Below are positions 26,724 through 36,800 of a stretch of DNA of 39,413 bases, piece by piece. The stretch is from an uncultured Acidobacteriota bacterium (GTDB taxonomy: Bacteria; Acidobacteriota; Vicinamibacteria; Vicinamibacterales; UBA8438), in assembly GCA_913043225.1 (NCBI GenBank), contig CAJWLU010000029.1, forward strand, positions 1 through 39,413. Direction: 5' to 3'. The translations under genes were made by a program, and so were the position numbers. The notes below the pieces were generated by a model. The model was not told the DNA's origin and did not search any database. It saw only the letters and a list, made by a program, of their open reading frames with translations. Position 1 is the first letter of the stretch. Each line of letters starts with the position of its first letter.

Positions 26724-27869
26724 TCAGGAGACCACCGGCCGGCCTCCATCCACCCAGACCTCCCCGTCTACGGTCACCGTCGTGTCGGTGAAGAAATTCC
26801 AACGCACGTAGCCCCCGTCAATCTCGCCCCCCAGCTCCGAGTTGTCACCAAGCGACAGCCGGACCACGCCGGCGCCATAGCCATAGTACGGGATCCAGGG
26901 CACCCGCTCGGGCACCGCCAGCAGGGGATTGAAGCCAAGGGCGAACTCCCGGAACGCGCGTGCCTCGGCGGCCGCCTGGCCCCGGACAGCGCTGACTCCG
27001 ACGACCCGACCGGCCTCGATCGTGATGGTCAGACCGTCCACAGGCCGGCCATCCCACTGGGACAGTGGGAACACGATGACGCCGTCAACGCTCGACTCGA
27101 TCGGCGCCACCCGGATCGCCCCGGCTGGCAGCTCGATCTCGCGGTCGATCAGAATCATTCCCTGATCGGTCCGGGCAGCTGAGGCGTCGCCATCCTGCCG
27201 GTTCACCGGTCGGTCGCCGATTCGGAACCGGAGATCGGTGCCCAGTGGCGAGGTGACTCGTATCTCGGCGCCCCGCATTGCCTGTTCGAACCGTTGCTGG
27301 AGTGCCGCCAACGCCTTGTAGTCGGTATCGAGCAGCGCACGCTGGTAGACCGCATCGATAACATGGCCCGGGGGAAGCGGCTGACCCGGGAGCGGAAACG
27401 CGCTGCCATTCTCGACCCAGCGGAAATGAATCGTTCGGCCCTGACCCTCGCGCAGCAGATCCTGCAACGCGGCGTAGACCGGATGGTCCGGACGGGCGCC
27501 GGGCAACATAATTGACGCATCGACACCCGCGAGCATCTCCCGGTAGGCCGTCCGCGCCCGGTCGACGCCGGGCGTCAGCACATCGCCGAGCCACGCCGCC
27601 TGCCACGGCTCCTCTACGACGTCGATCACGCCAAGGTCGATCGCGCCCGCCTCCATAACCGCATAACGAATGTGAGGAATCAGCGCGTCAAAGAGCCCGG
27701 GCCGCGCGACCAGGAGCACCGACTCGCCTGGCGCTGGATCCAGCTGGCCGACCAGGCGGGCGGCCACCGCGGGCCAGTCAAACGAGAACTGGGGCGGCTG
27801 GGCGACCACTGGGGCCGACGCCGCGATCGTCAGGGTCAACGCAACCATCGGGAGGATCGATCTCGACAT
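26724..27869 (-). CDS. Exported M29 (thermophilic metalloprotease/aminopeptidase)-like protein with divergent active site
   Basis: Signal ending PVVA|Q. Motifs L.PAPGESVL, IRVTSP.GTDLRF.I..R, LP.G....AP....VDG, E.GRVV, EFALG.NP and LSLGDN.ELGG. Confidence 0.7.
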   Translation of the reverse strand: MSRSILPMVALTLTIAASAPVVAQPPQFSFDWPAVAARLVGQLDPAPGESVLLVARPGLFDALIPHIRYAVMEAGAIDLGVIDVVEEPWQAAWLGDVLTPGVDRARTAYREMLAGVDASIMLPGARPDHPVYAALQDLLREGQGRTIHFRWVENGSAFPLPGQPLPPGHVIDAVYQRALLDTDYKALAALQQRFEQAMRGAEIRVTSPLGTDLRFRIGDRPVNRQDGDASAARTDQGMILIDREIELPAGAIRVAPIESSVDGVIVFPLSQWDGRPVDGLTITIEAGRVVGVSAVRGQAAAEARAFREFALGFNPLLAVPERVPWIPYYGYGAGVVRLSLGDNSELGGEIDGGYVRWNFFTDTTVTVDGEVWVDGGRPVVS

Positions 27870-27886
27870 GCGCTAACCTTACCTCC
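27870..27886. promoter_or_regulatory. Candidate bidirectional promoter with overlapping -10 elements (TAACCT on +, TAAGGT on -)
   Basis: Only 17 nt separate two divergent ATGs. Each strand has TAnnnT 6-7 nt upstream of its own ATG. Confidence 0.6.
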
Positions 27887-29182
27887 ATGACTCAGCATCA
27901 TTCACGTCGTCTGTGGATCGCAGTGTGCGCGGTCGGCCTGATCCTCGGCACTGGCGCGCCGCTCACGCTCGTGGGCGCCGAGGGCGACTTTCCGCGGGCC
28001 TCCCCTAAGGAAGTTGGACTCTCAGCCGAAAGGCTCGAGCGCATTGGCGGGGTCCTCCAGCGCGCCATGGACGCCGACACCATCTCTGGCGCGGTGACCC
28101 TGGTGGCGCGCCGGGGCAAGATCGCCCACTTCGAAGCCCACGGCCTGATGGACATCGAAGGGTCGCGGCCGATGGCACTCGACACCATCTTCCCCATTGC
28201 CTCGATGACCAAGCCGGTGACCGGCGTGGCCGTGATGATGCTGGTAGAGGAAGGACTCGTACGGCTGACCGATCCGGTCTCGAAGTTCATTCCGGCGCTG
28301 GCCGACCCGCAGATGGCTGTCTGGACCGGAGACCGTCCACCTCGAGGCGCCGATGCCCCCGAGCCCTACACCATCCCGGCTGCTGCTGAGATCACCATCC
28401 GCCACCTGATGACCCATACCTCCGGACTGGGCAGCGGCGGCGCTGGCACCCGGGGGACCCAGCGGGTCGCGCCGCGGGACACGAGCGGCACGGTCGGCGA
28501 CTGGGCACGACTGCTGGGCGATGCGCCTCTCGATTTCCACCCCGGCACGCACTGGGCGTACAGCGGTCTAGCTGGCATCGACATGCTCGGTCGAGTGGTG
28601 GAGGTCGCTTCGGGCCTGAGCTTCGACGAGTTTCTCCACCAGAGAATCTTCGAACCGCTCGGGATGCACGACACTGCTTTCTTCCCGGCCAAGGCGAACG
28701 CCGACCGCGTCGTCACACTCTACCGTCGCTCCGAGAACGGTCTGCGCCGAGTCGACGTGCCCGGTTGGGTCGACACCCGGACCTTCTTCTCCGGCGGCGG
28801 CGGCCTGTGGTCGACCGCGGAGGACTACCTGCAGTTTGCCCAAATGCTGCTCAACAAGGGCGAGTTGAACGGGACCCGCCTGCTCGGGTCGCGGACGGTC
28901 GAACTGATGGCCTCGAACCACGTCGACGATCTCTACGCCGAGGCGGGCACGACGGGCGGCCGCCCCGGACTCGGATTCGGACTGACGGTGAGAACCGTTG
29001 ACGATGCGGTGCTGGCTCAGGATGCGCAGTCGACGGGCAGCTTCGGATGGAGCGGCGCGTTCGGCACCACGTTCTGGGTCGACCCGAAAGAGAACTTGAC
29101 CGCGATCCTAATGGTGCAGACACCGGGCGGTCCGCTCCGGGGAGACTTCGCGAACGCCGTAATGCAGTCGATCGTGGATTAG
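27887..29182 (+). CDS. Exported serine hydrolase, beta-lactamase/class C-like family
   Basis: Signal peptide. Motifs F.IASMTK (SxxK), TIRHLMTHTSG, PG..WAYS, IFEPLGM.DT.F, GGGGL.ST..DY..F and FGW.GA.GT.FWVDP. Confidence 0.92.
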   Translation: MTQHHSRRLWIAVCAVGLILGTGAPLTLVGAEGDFPRASPKEVGLSAERLERIGGVLQRAMDADTISGAVTLVARRGKIAHFEAHGLMDIEGSRPMALDTIFPIASMTKPVTGVAVMMLVEEGLVRLTDPVSKFIPALADPQMAVWTGDRPPRGADAPEPYTIPAAAEITIRHLMTHTSGLGSGGAGTRGTQRVAPRDTSGTVGDWARLLGDAPLDFHPGTHWAYSGLAGIDMLGRVVEVASGLSFDEFLHQRIFEPLGMHDTAFFPAKANADRVVTLYRRSENGLRRVDVPGWVDTRTFFSGGGGLWSTAEDYLQFAQMLLNKGELNGTRLLGSRTVELMASNHVDDLYAEAGTTGGRPGLGFGLTVRTVDDAVLAQDAQSTGSFGWSGAFGTTFWVDPKENLTAILMVQTPGGPLRGDFANAVMQSIVD

Positions 29183-29204
29183 GACGCGGCCGCTCTTCGG
29201 ACCG

Positions 29205-30095
29205 CTACTGCTCGACGAACCGAACTTCGAACATCTTGGGCCACCACTTCCCGGTGAGGTAGAAGGTCTCGGCGTCGGGGTCGAAGGCTATCCCGTTGAG
29301 TACCTCGGCACCGAGGAGGTCGTCGCCCGATAGGAGGCCCTCGGCGTCGATGTAGTCGGTCACCTGGCCGGTGTCGAGGTTGATGCGGACGATGAAGTCC
29401 TCTTCCCAGACGTTGGCGTAGACGTCACCGGCCACACACTCCAGCTCGTTGAGCCGAGAGAGCGGCCGGCCTTCGAGCTGCACTCGCCGCTCACCAATCG
29501 GCTCAAACGTGACCGGGTCGCGGAAGGTCAGTAGATCGGTCCCGTCGCTCATGACCAGGCGGTCGTCGTCGAGACACAACCCCCAGCCTTCGCCGCGATA
29601 GCGATAGGTCTCGAGTTCGGCAAGTGACTCGCGATCGAAGACGAACGCCCGCTCAGCCCGCCAGGTCAGCATGATGAGGCGATCGTCGACCAGGGCGAGC
29701 CCTTCACCGAAGTACTGGTCTGGAATGGCGATACGCTGCCGGACCTCGCCGGTCTCTGGGTCGAGGCGCCGCAGCGTCGACTCGCCCTCACGTCCGGTGC
29801 TCTCGAACAGCTCCCCCTCGGACCACAACAGCCCCTGGGTGTAGGCGTCTCGCTCGTGGGGAAAGGTGCGGATCACCTCAACACGTCGCCTCCGCGCGTC
29901 CTGGGCTGGCACCCATCCGGCGATGGTAGCCATCGCGGGCCCCGATGCTTGTGGTTCCGAGGGTGTACGGAGAAGGAACGCTCCGCCCGCGACCAGGAGC
30001 GTCAGTAGTGCCAGCGCGAGCCAGTGGCGATCCGGACCGGTCGAGGGTGCCGAGCGGCGGCGGGCGACAGTCTTCGCGCGGTTGGTACGACCCAT
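29205..30095 (-). CDS. Glutaminyl-peptide cyclotransferase (type I, beta-propeller), N-terminally membrane-anchored
   Basis: Motifs PH...AYTQGL, ESTG..G.S, FGEGL, LTW, GEGWGL, MSDG, LNELE, ANVW, VLNGIA and TGK.WP..FEV. Start placed at ATG 30095 because the longer ORF overlaps addA. Confidence 0.92.
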   Translation of the reverse strand: MGRTNRAKTVARRRSAPSTGPDRHWLALALLTLLVAGGAFLLRTPSEPQASGPAMATIAGWVPAQDARRRRVEVIRTFPHERDAYTQGLLWSEGELFESTGREGESTLRRLDPETGEVRQRIAIPDQYFGEGLALVDDRLIMLTWRAERAFVFDRESLAELETYRYRGEGWGLCLDDDRLVMSDGTDLLTFRDPVTFEPIGERRVQLEGRPLSRLNELECVAGDVYANVWEEDFIVRINLDTGQVTDYIDAEGLLSGDDLLGAEVLNGIAFDPDAETFYLTGKWWPKMFEVRFVEQ

Positions 30096-30120
30096 CGGAA
30101 AAGCCCAGTGTAACCCGCCC

Positions 30121-33100
30121 TCATAGACGCAGCAGCACCGCTCGAGCCGGCTCACCGGTCGCCGCCGAGACCATCTCGGCGTAGAGCTGGACCTGCCGCC
30201 GATACACGTCCAGGGCCCCCTCCAGTTGGCGGTCCGTCTTGAAATCCACGACCCACCACTCCTCCCCTTCGCGGAACGCCAGGTCCACGACCCCTTCGGC
30301 GAGGAAGCCGTCGGCCCGGGCCATGGCGACCGGCACTTCGCGCCGGCAGGCGCCGGCCGCCGCGGCGTGTCGAGCCCGGTCAAGCAAGGCGTGCGACAGT
30401 GCCCGGAGGGCCACGCCGGCCGCCGATTCGATTTCCTCATCGGAGGCGCCGAGCAGCCGGCCCTCGAGACGCGCGACCTCGGTCACCCGCTCCGGAGGCG
30501 CATCCAGCGCCGCGGTGGCCAGCACGGCGTGCACGAGCGCTCCAAATCTCCGCCCGGAGGGCCGCTCACCAGGATCGCCAATATCAAGTACCTCCGGCTC
30601 CCCGATGGCCGGGGGTACTGGCGCACCGTCGGCCACGAGCCGCGCGGCAAGCTCGGTCACGGTGCGGACACGGAGCGACGGGGTGGCCGCCCGCGCCACG
30701 GTGGCGTCCCGTCGAGCGCGCCAGTCGCGGTAGGTCGTCAGATCACGCTCGACGATGCTGGCCGCGGTCTCCTTCGACAGTAGCTGTTCCTGCCGGATCC
30801 CAAAACGCGCCTCGACCCCCAGTGTGAGGCTCGGCGACGCCGGATCCCACCACACGACCGGGTAGCCCACAGTGCCCTCCGACGGTGGAGTTGCCCGTGG
30901 GCTAGACTCCGCCGACGCGCCAGCCCCGTTTGACTGGAACGGCAACACCTTCGCCTTGCCGTCGTCGGTCCCGAGCCAGTGGAGGCCGGGAGCGACGGTG
31001 TCCGGCTTGGCCGGATCCCCATCAGGACGGACGACGACGCTATCGCGCCCGAACATCGGACAGGCCGGAGGGGCCTGCGGGTCGCGGCGCTGCTCGATCG
31101 GGGGATAGATCGCATCATCGAGCGGACTGAGCCACCCGTCCTTGATCGGCCCGTCACCCACCGCCGGCACCACGAGCAGATCGCGCGCACGGGTAGCGGC
31201 CACGTAGGCCAGTCGAATCCCCTCCTGGCGATCTCGCTCCACCTCTTCATCCTCATGGTCGAGCAGATCCAGCGGCGACCAGCCAGCGATCCGCTGGGCG
31301 CACAGCCCCCTCGCCGGATCGATGAAGCGACCGGCCGAGCGCCGATGCAGCTTGCAGGTCGGATCGGCGAGCACCACCACCGGGAACTCGAGTCCCTTGG
31401 CCCGGTGCACCGTCATGATGCGAACACCGTCGCTCCCCTCTTCCAGGATGGGCGCCTCGCTCGCCTGCCTGGCGATCGCCTCGTCCTCCAGTTGGTCGAC
31501 GAATCCCCGGAAGGACAGACCGCCGCCCGCTTCGTAGCTTCCGGCCATCTCGGCAATCTGCATCACATTGGCCAGCGCCTGCTCACCACCGGGACGCATC
31601 ACGAAGCCAGCGTGGGCACGCGTGCTATCAAGCAAAGCTCCGATCGTCTCGGCGACCGGCACGTCGTTGCGTCGACGATGCGCCGCACGCAGGACACCGA
31701 GCGCGACGGCGATCGGGGCCAGGCGTAGGTCATCCTCGGTCTGAGCAACGCCGACATGCTCGAGTTCGGCAGGCACCCGGAACGGGTGCAGTCGGCCGAA
31801 CCGCTGGTGATACTCGAGCAGGCTCGCATCCTCGATCGCGAACAACGACCCGCGCAGGGTGGCGAACACGGAAAGCTCGTCATCGGGATGTTCGACGGCG
31901 GCCAGCGCCGCCCGCATCGTCATAACCTCTTCCCGGTTGTGGAAGGTCCGGCCACCGACGAGAAGGTGCGCGAGCTCTCGTGCCTCGAGCGCCTCGACAT
32001 AACCCCGGGTCATATCCCGACCAAAGCTCTCGAACCGCCGGAAGAGCAGACACACATGTCGCGCCGCGATCGGCACCCTGCGGGACGCCGCGCCATCGGG
32101 CGCCGTCTCTCCGGGTCGCACACGCTCGGTGACCGTCCAGCCACTCTCGGTCAGGAGCCAGTGCACGAACGCGCCCACCGCGTCGGGCAGCGACTCTTCG
32201 ATGGCGGACGCCGCCACCCGATACACTCCGTAGGGTCGCGGTACCGGCAGCGCGACGACGGTCGGCTGTTCCTCTACCGACGAGCGATGCGGGGACAAGG
32301 GCACGTAAACGGCCTGCCGAGATACTCCGACCCTGGCCTCGGCCCGCCCGGACATCAGCGGGGCAAAGGCGCGGTTCACGAGCCGCTGGATCTCCGGCAC
32401 CGCTCGGAAACTGGTGGTCAGATCGAGTGTGGCGATCCCGTAATCCTCGAGTTGGGCCTTGACCGCTTCGTACACCCCGACGTCGGCCCGGCGGAATCTG
32501 TAGATAGATTGCTTTGGATCGCCCACCAGGAATAGCTTGCCGGCCGCGGGGCGCACCCGGCGCCAATCCCGCTGATCGGGATCGTCAGCCGCGAGCAGCA
32601 GCAGGATCTCGGCCTGGAGCGGGTCCGTGTCCTGGAACTCGTCGACGAAGATTCGGGTGAACCGCTGCTGGAAGTCGACCCTGACAACATCGTTGTCCCG
32701 CACCAGATCACGGGCAGTCAGCAGCAGGTCCACGAAGTCGAGTCGACCGGCCTCCCGCTTCAAGCGCGCGTAGGTCTCGATCGGCGCATGTAGCTCGCGC
32801 TGCAGCAGCGCGGCGAGGTCCGCATCGGCCACCCGACGGAAGTTCCTGAGCAGTTCGACGAGCTTGCCGTGCTGACCGAGCACGCTCGTACGCGACACGC
32901 CGTCTGCATAAAGTGCCCCTGAACCCTTGCGCGGGTTAGTGAAGTTGCGGCTCGATGCCAGCTCGATCAGCTCGCCTTCAACCCAGTCGTACCAGTTGTC
33001 GTCTCGACGCCGGCTGCGAAGGGTCTCGTGTCGCCGAATGGCTCGGGTCACCGCGACGGCAGGGCGGAGAGCCCGATACAGTCGGTCGCTCCGGCGATTC

Positions 33101-33807
33101 GAGGCCTTGTCCACCAGCTCCGCGAAGTCGCCGAGATGCGCGACGACCTGATCGAGGATCGCCTTGCGCTCGAATGTCTCCCGGCGCCACGGAGTCGGAA
33201 AGTCGCGCCACTCGGACAGCATCCAGGCGGCACTGCGCAGGCGGTCGGTCGGACGTTCGCGGCGGTCCGGCTCACCGAACGAACCCACGCTCCGTCGTTC
33301 GAGTGCACGTCGAACACCGTCCGGCGGAGCTTCGAGCGTAGACTGCAGCCAGCTGTCGAAGGCGAGTCCGAATAGACGGTTTGCCTCGGTGGTGGCCGCT
33401 ACCTCGAACCGCGGATCCACGTTGGCCTCGACCGGGCGTTCCCGCAAGAGGTCGGCGCAGAACCCGTGGATGGTGCTGACCTGCGCCTCCTCAAGATGGG
33501 CGATGGCGTGTTCGACGTGCCGCAAACGGTCAGGCGCGGCCTCCGATGTCTCGGCGGCGGCCTGCCTGGCATGTTCCAGGGCCTCGCGCAACCGCAGCTT
33601 GAGCTCACCGGCCGCCTTCTCGGTGAAGGTCACCGCCAGCATCTGATCGACGCGCGCCTGGCCGCTGGCCAGCACCTCCACGATGCGCGTCACCAGCTCG
33701 GTAGTCTTGCCGGTGCCGGCTGCCGCCTCGACGATCAGTGACTCGTCGAGCGCCGTCCGTATCCGCGCGCGCTCGGCCTCGTCGACTAACCTAGCTTCAG
33801 TCATCAC
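30121..33807 (-). CDS. addA: AddA/RecB-like UvrD helicase with C-terminal PD-(D/E)XK nuclease
   Basis: Helicase motifs [55 protein letters not shown] and YVAATRA. Nuclease motifs G..VH, EGVVDL, VDFKT and Q..LY. Confidence 0.88.
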   Translation of the reverse strand: MMTEARLVDEAERARIRTALDESLIVEAAAGTGKTTELVTRIVEVLASGQARVDQMLAVTFTEKAAGELKLRLREALEHARQAAAETSEAAPDRLRHVEHAIAHLEEAQVSTIHGFCADLLRERPVEANVDPRFEVAATTEANRLFGLAFDSWLQSTLEAPPDGVRRALERRSVGSFGEPDRRERPTDRLRSAAWMLSEWRDFPTPWRRETFERKAILDQVVAHLGDFAELVDKASNRRSDRLYRALRPAVAVTRAIRRHETLRSRRRDDNWYDWVEGELIELASSRNFTNPRKGSGALYADGVSRTSVLGQHGKLVELLRNFRRVADADLAALLQRELHAPIETYARLKREAGRLDFVDLLLTARDLVRDNDVVRVDFQQRFTRIFVDEFQDTDPLQAEILLLLAADDPDQRDWRRVRPAAGKLFLVGDPKQSIYRFRRADVGVYEAVKAQLEDYGIATLDLTTSFRAVPEIQRLVNRAFAPLMSGRAEARVGVSRQAVYVPLSPHRSSVEEQPTVVALPVPRPYGVYRVAASAIEESLPDAVGAFVHWLLTESGWTVTERVRPGETAPDGAASRRVPIAARHVCLLFRRFESFGRDMTRGYVEALEARELAHLLVGGRTFHNREEVMTMRAALAAVEHPDDELSVFATLRGSLFAIEDASLLEYHQRFGRLHPFRVPAELEHVGVAQTEDDLRLAPIAVALGVLRAAHRRRNDVPVAETIGALLDSTRAHAGFVMRPGGEQALANVMQIAEMAGSYEAGGGLSFRGFVDQLEDEAIARQASEAPILEEGSDGVRIMTVHRAKGLEFPVVVLADPTCKLHRRSAGRFIDPARGLCAQRIAGWSPLDLLDHEDEEVERDRQEGIRLAYVAATRARDLLVVPAVGDGPIKDGWLSPLDDAIYPPIEQRRDPQAPPACPMFGRDSVVVRPDGDPAKPDTVAPGLHWLGTDDGKAKVLPFQSNGAGASAESSPRATPPSEGTVGYPVVWWDPASPSLTLGVEARFGIRQEQLLSKETAASIVERDLTTYRDWRARRDATVARAATPSLRVRTVTELAARLVADGAPVPPAIGEPEVLDIGDPGERPSGRRFGALVHAVLATAALDAPPERVTEVARLEGRLLGASDEEIESAAGVALRALSHALLDRARHAAAAGACRREVPVAMARADGFLAEGVVDLAFREGEEWWVVDFKTDRQLEGALDVYRRQVQLYAEMVSAATGEPARAVLLRL

Positions 33808-33825
33808 TCAAGCCAGCTCCGTGCC

Positions 33826-36800
33826 CTACGGCATCCGTCGAAGCACCTGGAGGTCCAAAAGCTTCGTGTCGTCCTTACGGGCCACCCGGGTCTCCTCCCA
33901 CGGCCCGCAGACGGCGCGAAAGTCGCACACTCCACAGGCGCCCGGTCGCGGCGCCGGAAGTAGGGAACCCGCCTCCACCGCGCGGTCCACCGCCTCGAGG
34001 ACGTTCAGGCCCGCACGTCGTTCGTCGTCGCCCAGCGTCACCGTCCGGGTCTCGAATCCGCCGGTGACGGTCGAGAAGAATAGCCGTGACTCGCCCACGG
34101 GCCGGTCCAGGGCGGCTTCCACCGCGAGTCCGTAAAGCACCGGCTGGAGCACTTCACCCCGGCCCACGACCATCCGTTCCTGTGTCCGATTGCGGCCGGT
34201 CTTGTGGTCGGTGACCCGGAGCTCACCCTCCGCGGTGGGCCGCGCGCGGGCTTCGATCAGATCGACGATACCGTGCAGTAGCCACCTGTCATCCAGTCGG
34301 ACCGGCTCGGCGACGCTGCGGCGGTCGCGGCCAACGCCGGGCGGAAACCCGAACCCCAGTTCGGCTCCGACCGGCACCCACTCGCCATCCTCATCGGCCA
34401 CCTGCTGCACCCAGCCGCGGAGGTCGGTGCGCAGCGACTCGACCTCGCTGGCCCAGACGCGGTCAATGGCCGGGGCGAGATCCTCGAAGTAGCGGGCGGC
34501 CAGACGCTCAAGCACCTCATCGAGCACCGCCCAGGTTTGCGGCAACCGGTCGCGGGTTACCGGCAGCATCTCCTTGGCCTCGAGCTCGCGCACCAGCTCC
34601 GCCTGCACCTCGTGGAACATCCGCCCGCGGGTGAGCGGATCAAGTCGCTCGAGTGACTCGATCTGCTCCCTCGGCTGGAACCTGAACACGGCACCGAGGA
34701 GAAACTGGTACGGACACTTGGCGTAGCGCTGCAGTGCCGACACCGAGAAGGGCCGGGCCGACAACCGATGCGCATCGAGAGCGGCTCGCGCCGGAGGCTG
34801 GAGATCGTGCAGTCCGTCATACCGCGTCCACGGTGGCTTCCATCGCCACCACCGGCTGACGAGCGAACGCCGGAGACCCGGGTTGAGCTCGAGCAGATAA
34901 CGGGCCCGGCCCTGAAGTTCGGGCGATACGCGGCGGTGCAGCAGCGGACCGAGGACTGCCAGATCGTGCTCGGTGTCATCTATCGCGCGGGTGGGGTCGG
35001 GAGGCGCGGGCCACGCCAGGCGGGCATCGACCTGGCGGAACGCCTCGCGTTCGGTCACGGCGAAGTCAGGCACCCGCCCGGTCCGCGCCCGTTCGATGTC
35101 GAGGGCGTAGAACGAGGGCACCCTGGGGCGCGCCTCGCCAATCTGCAGGCGGGGATAGGAGAGATACAGGCGCTCTGTCGCGGCGCCGACCGCCAACCGG
35201 AGCAGCAGGCGCTCGTCCGCCGCCAGGTCGTCGAGCACGGGAAGCCCGAGCACGGCGCGGTCGGCGTTCGAGCCATCGGACTGGTTCAGCCGTCTGCGCG
35301 CAACGTCGAGTAGTAGCGGGTCCTGGCGCTGCTTCTGTGGAAACAGCCGTTCGGCCAGGCCCGGCACGAAGACAACATCGAACACCCGACCCCGAGCATG
35401 CTCCGGACCACCCACGAAGACCCGGCCGTAACGATGCGCGGGCGGGTCCTCCTGCAGCTGGGTCAACCGCTCGGACAAGACGCTCTGCACTTCCGCCAGG
35501 CCGACCGGTCCGACCCCCGCCATCGGACGCAGCTCGCCAAGCACCGCCAGCACCCGGTCGGGCCGTTTGAGCACCATGGGCGCCAGCTCGTCCAGGCGGT
35601 CGAGCCACACTCCCCATAGGGCACGTCTCGGCAGGCGTGCAAGCTGGTCCACGACGGGAAGGGCGAAGCTGCGGAGGTGCTCGAGGTTGACGAGGTCGCG
35701 CTCAAGCCCTCGGGCTTGCGGCGACTCCGGATCGTCGGTCCGCCGCTCGAGCCAGCGCAGGCGGAACTCTTCGGCGAGCCCAGACAAACGACGGGCCCAG
35801 CGAGCGTGGCCGCCGACCACCGCCGACTCGACCAGCAGGCGGTCCCAGCGCCACGGCGCGCGCAGCCGGCCGTCAACCACCGGATGCTCGTCGCGGTCCG
35901 GCCCCTGATCCGGTTCGTCTAGTGGCCGATCGCCGAGATCAAACAGCGCCGGCTGCTGCGGCACCGCCGCCGAGGGAAGCAGGGTGGCCGCCTCGGCAGG
36001 AGTCACCCAGCGAGCCCGGTCACGAGGGGGCCCTCCCTCCGGATCAGGGGACGGAACCTGACCGAGCGACAGATACTCGGCGAACCGTCGGGCGGACAGC
36101 TGCTCACCAGCACAGGCAAGCAGCGCCAGGAACGCCCGGCCAGCGGGATCGGGCGCTCTGGTGCCCCGGACGAACCAGGCCTCGACCCCGGCTCGGCGCA
36201 ACGCAGTTTCGAGCAGCCCGGCGTAGAGCTGCGGCGCCCGCAACAGCACCGCCATCCGGTCGAACGGAATACCGCGCGCCGCCTCCTGCTGGATCGCGCG
36301 CGCGACCTCCACACACTCGCGGGTTTCGCCAGGCGCGGAGAACAGAGTTACCTCCTCGCCGGCCTCCTCGGACGTCACCGCTTCGTCGCCGTCCATCGCC
36401 TCGAACAGCCGTGCTCGCACCCGTCGGAGCGGCTCCGGGGACTCCGGCGGCGTCGGATTCGCCATCGAGGCCTGCGGAAGCGTCAGCAGCGCCGCCCGCG
36501 TCCGTTCGTCTCCGGCGGGAATCGTCGCGACGAACCGAGTCGCACGAGACGCCAGCGCCCGCGCGAGGGCCAGCGTCGCCTCGTCGAGAACCGGCACGTC
36601 GAGAAGCAGGACGGGGACGTCGATCGGAAACCCGACCTCATCACGTTCACGCAGGGCCGTGGCCGCCAGCAAGCAGAGTTCCGGAGTATCGACCAGGTGG
36701 GCACCCTCAAGCTGTCCTCGATACCGCGCCGCCAGCCGCGCGACGTCAGCCGCGCCCGCCCCACAACCGGAGAGCCGGTTCTCTTCGACCCCACCGCGGC

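Noticed and set aside
11850..27910. Twin-arginine-like N-termini (MRRFF in M28, MRRLW in the caspase-like protein, SRRLW in the serine hydrolase)
   Set aside because: They match the S/T-R-R-x-F-L-K consensus poorly and are compatible with ordinary Sec n-regions.
29205..30440. 411-aa extended glutaminyl cyclase ORF, and similar N-terminal extensions of the M28 (11966), caspase-like (23051) and AddB (37329) ORFs
   Set aside because: The extensions overlap neighbouring genes or promoter candidates and look non-coding. Downstream starts fit SD motifs, stop-start overlaps or signal peptides better.
33826..34800. Cas4-like Fe-S PD-(D/E)XK nuclease suggesting a CRISPR or defence locus
   Set aside because: It is the C-terminal domain of an AddB-like protein paired with AddA, which housekeeping recombination explains.
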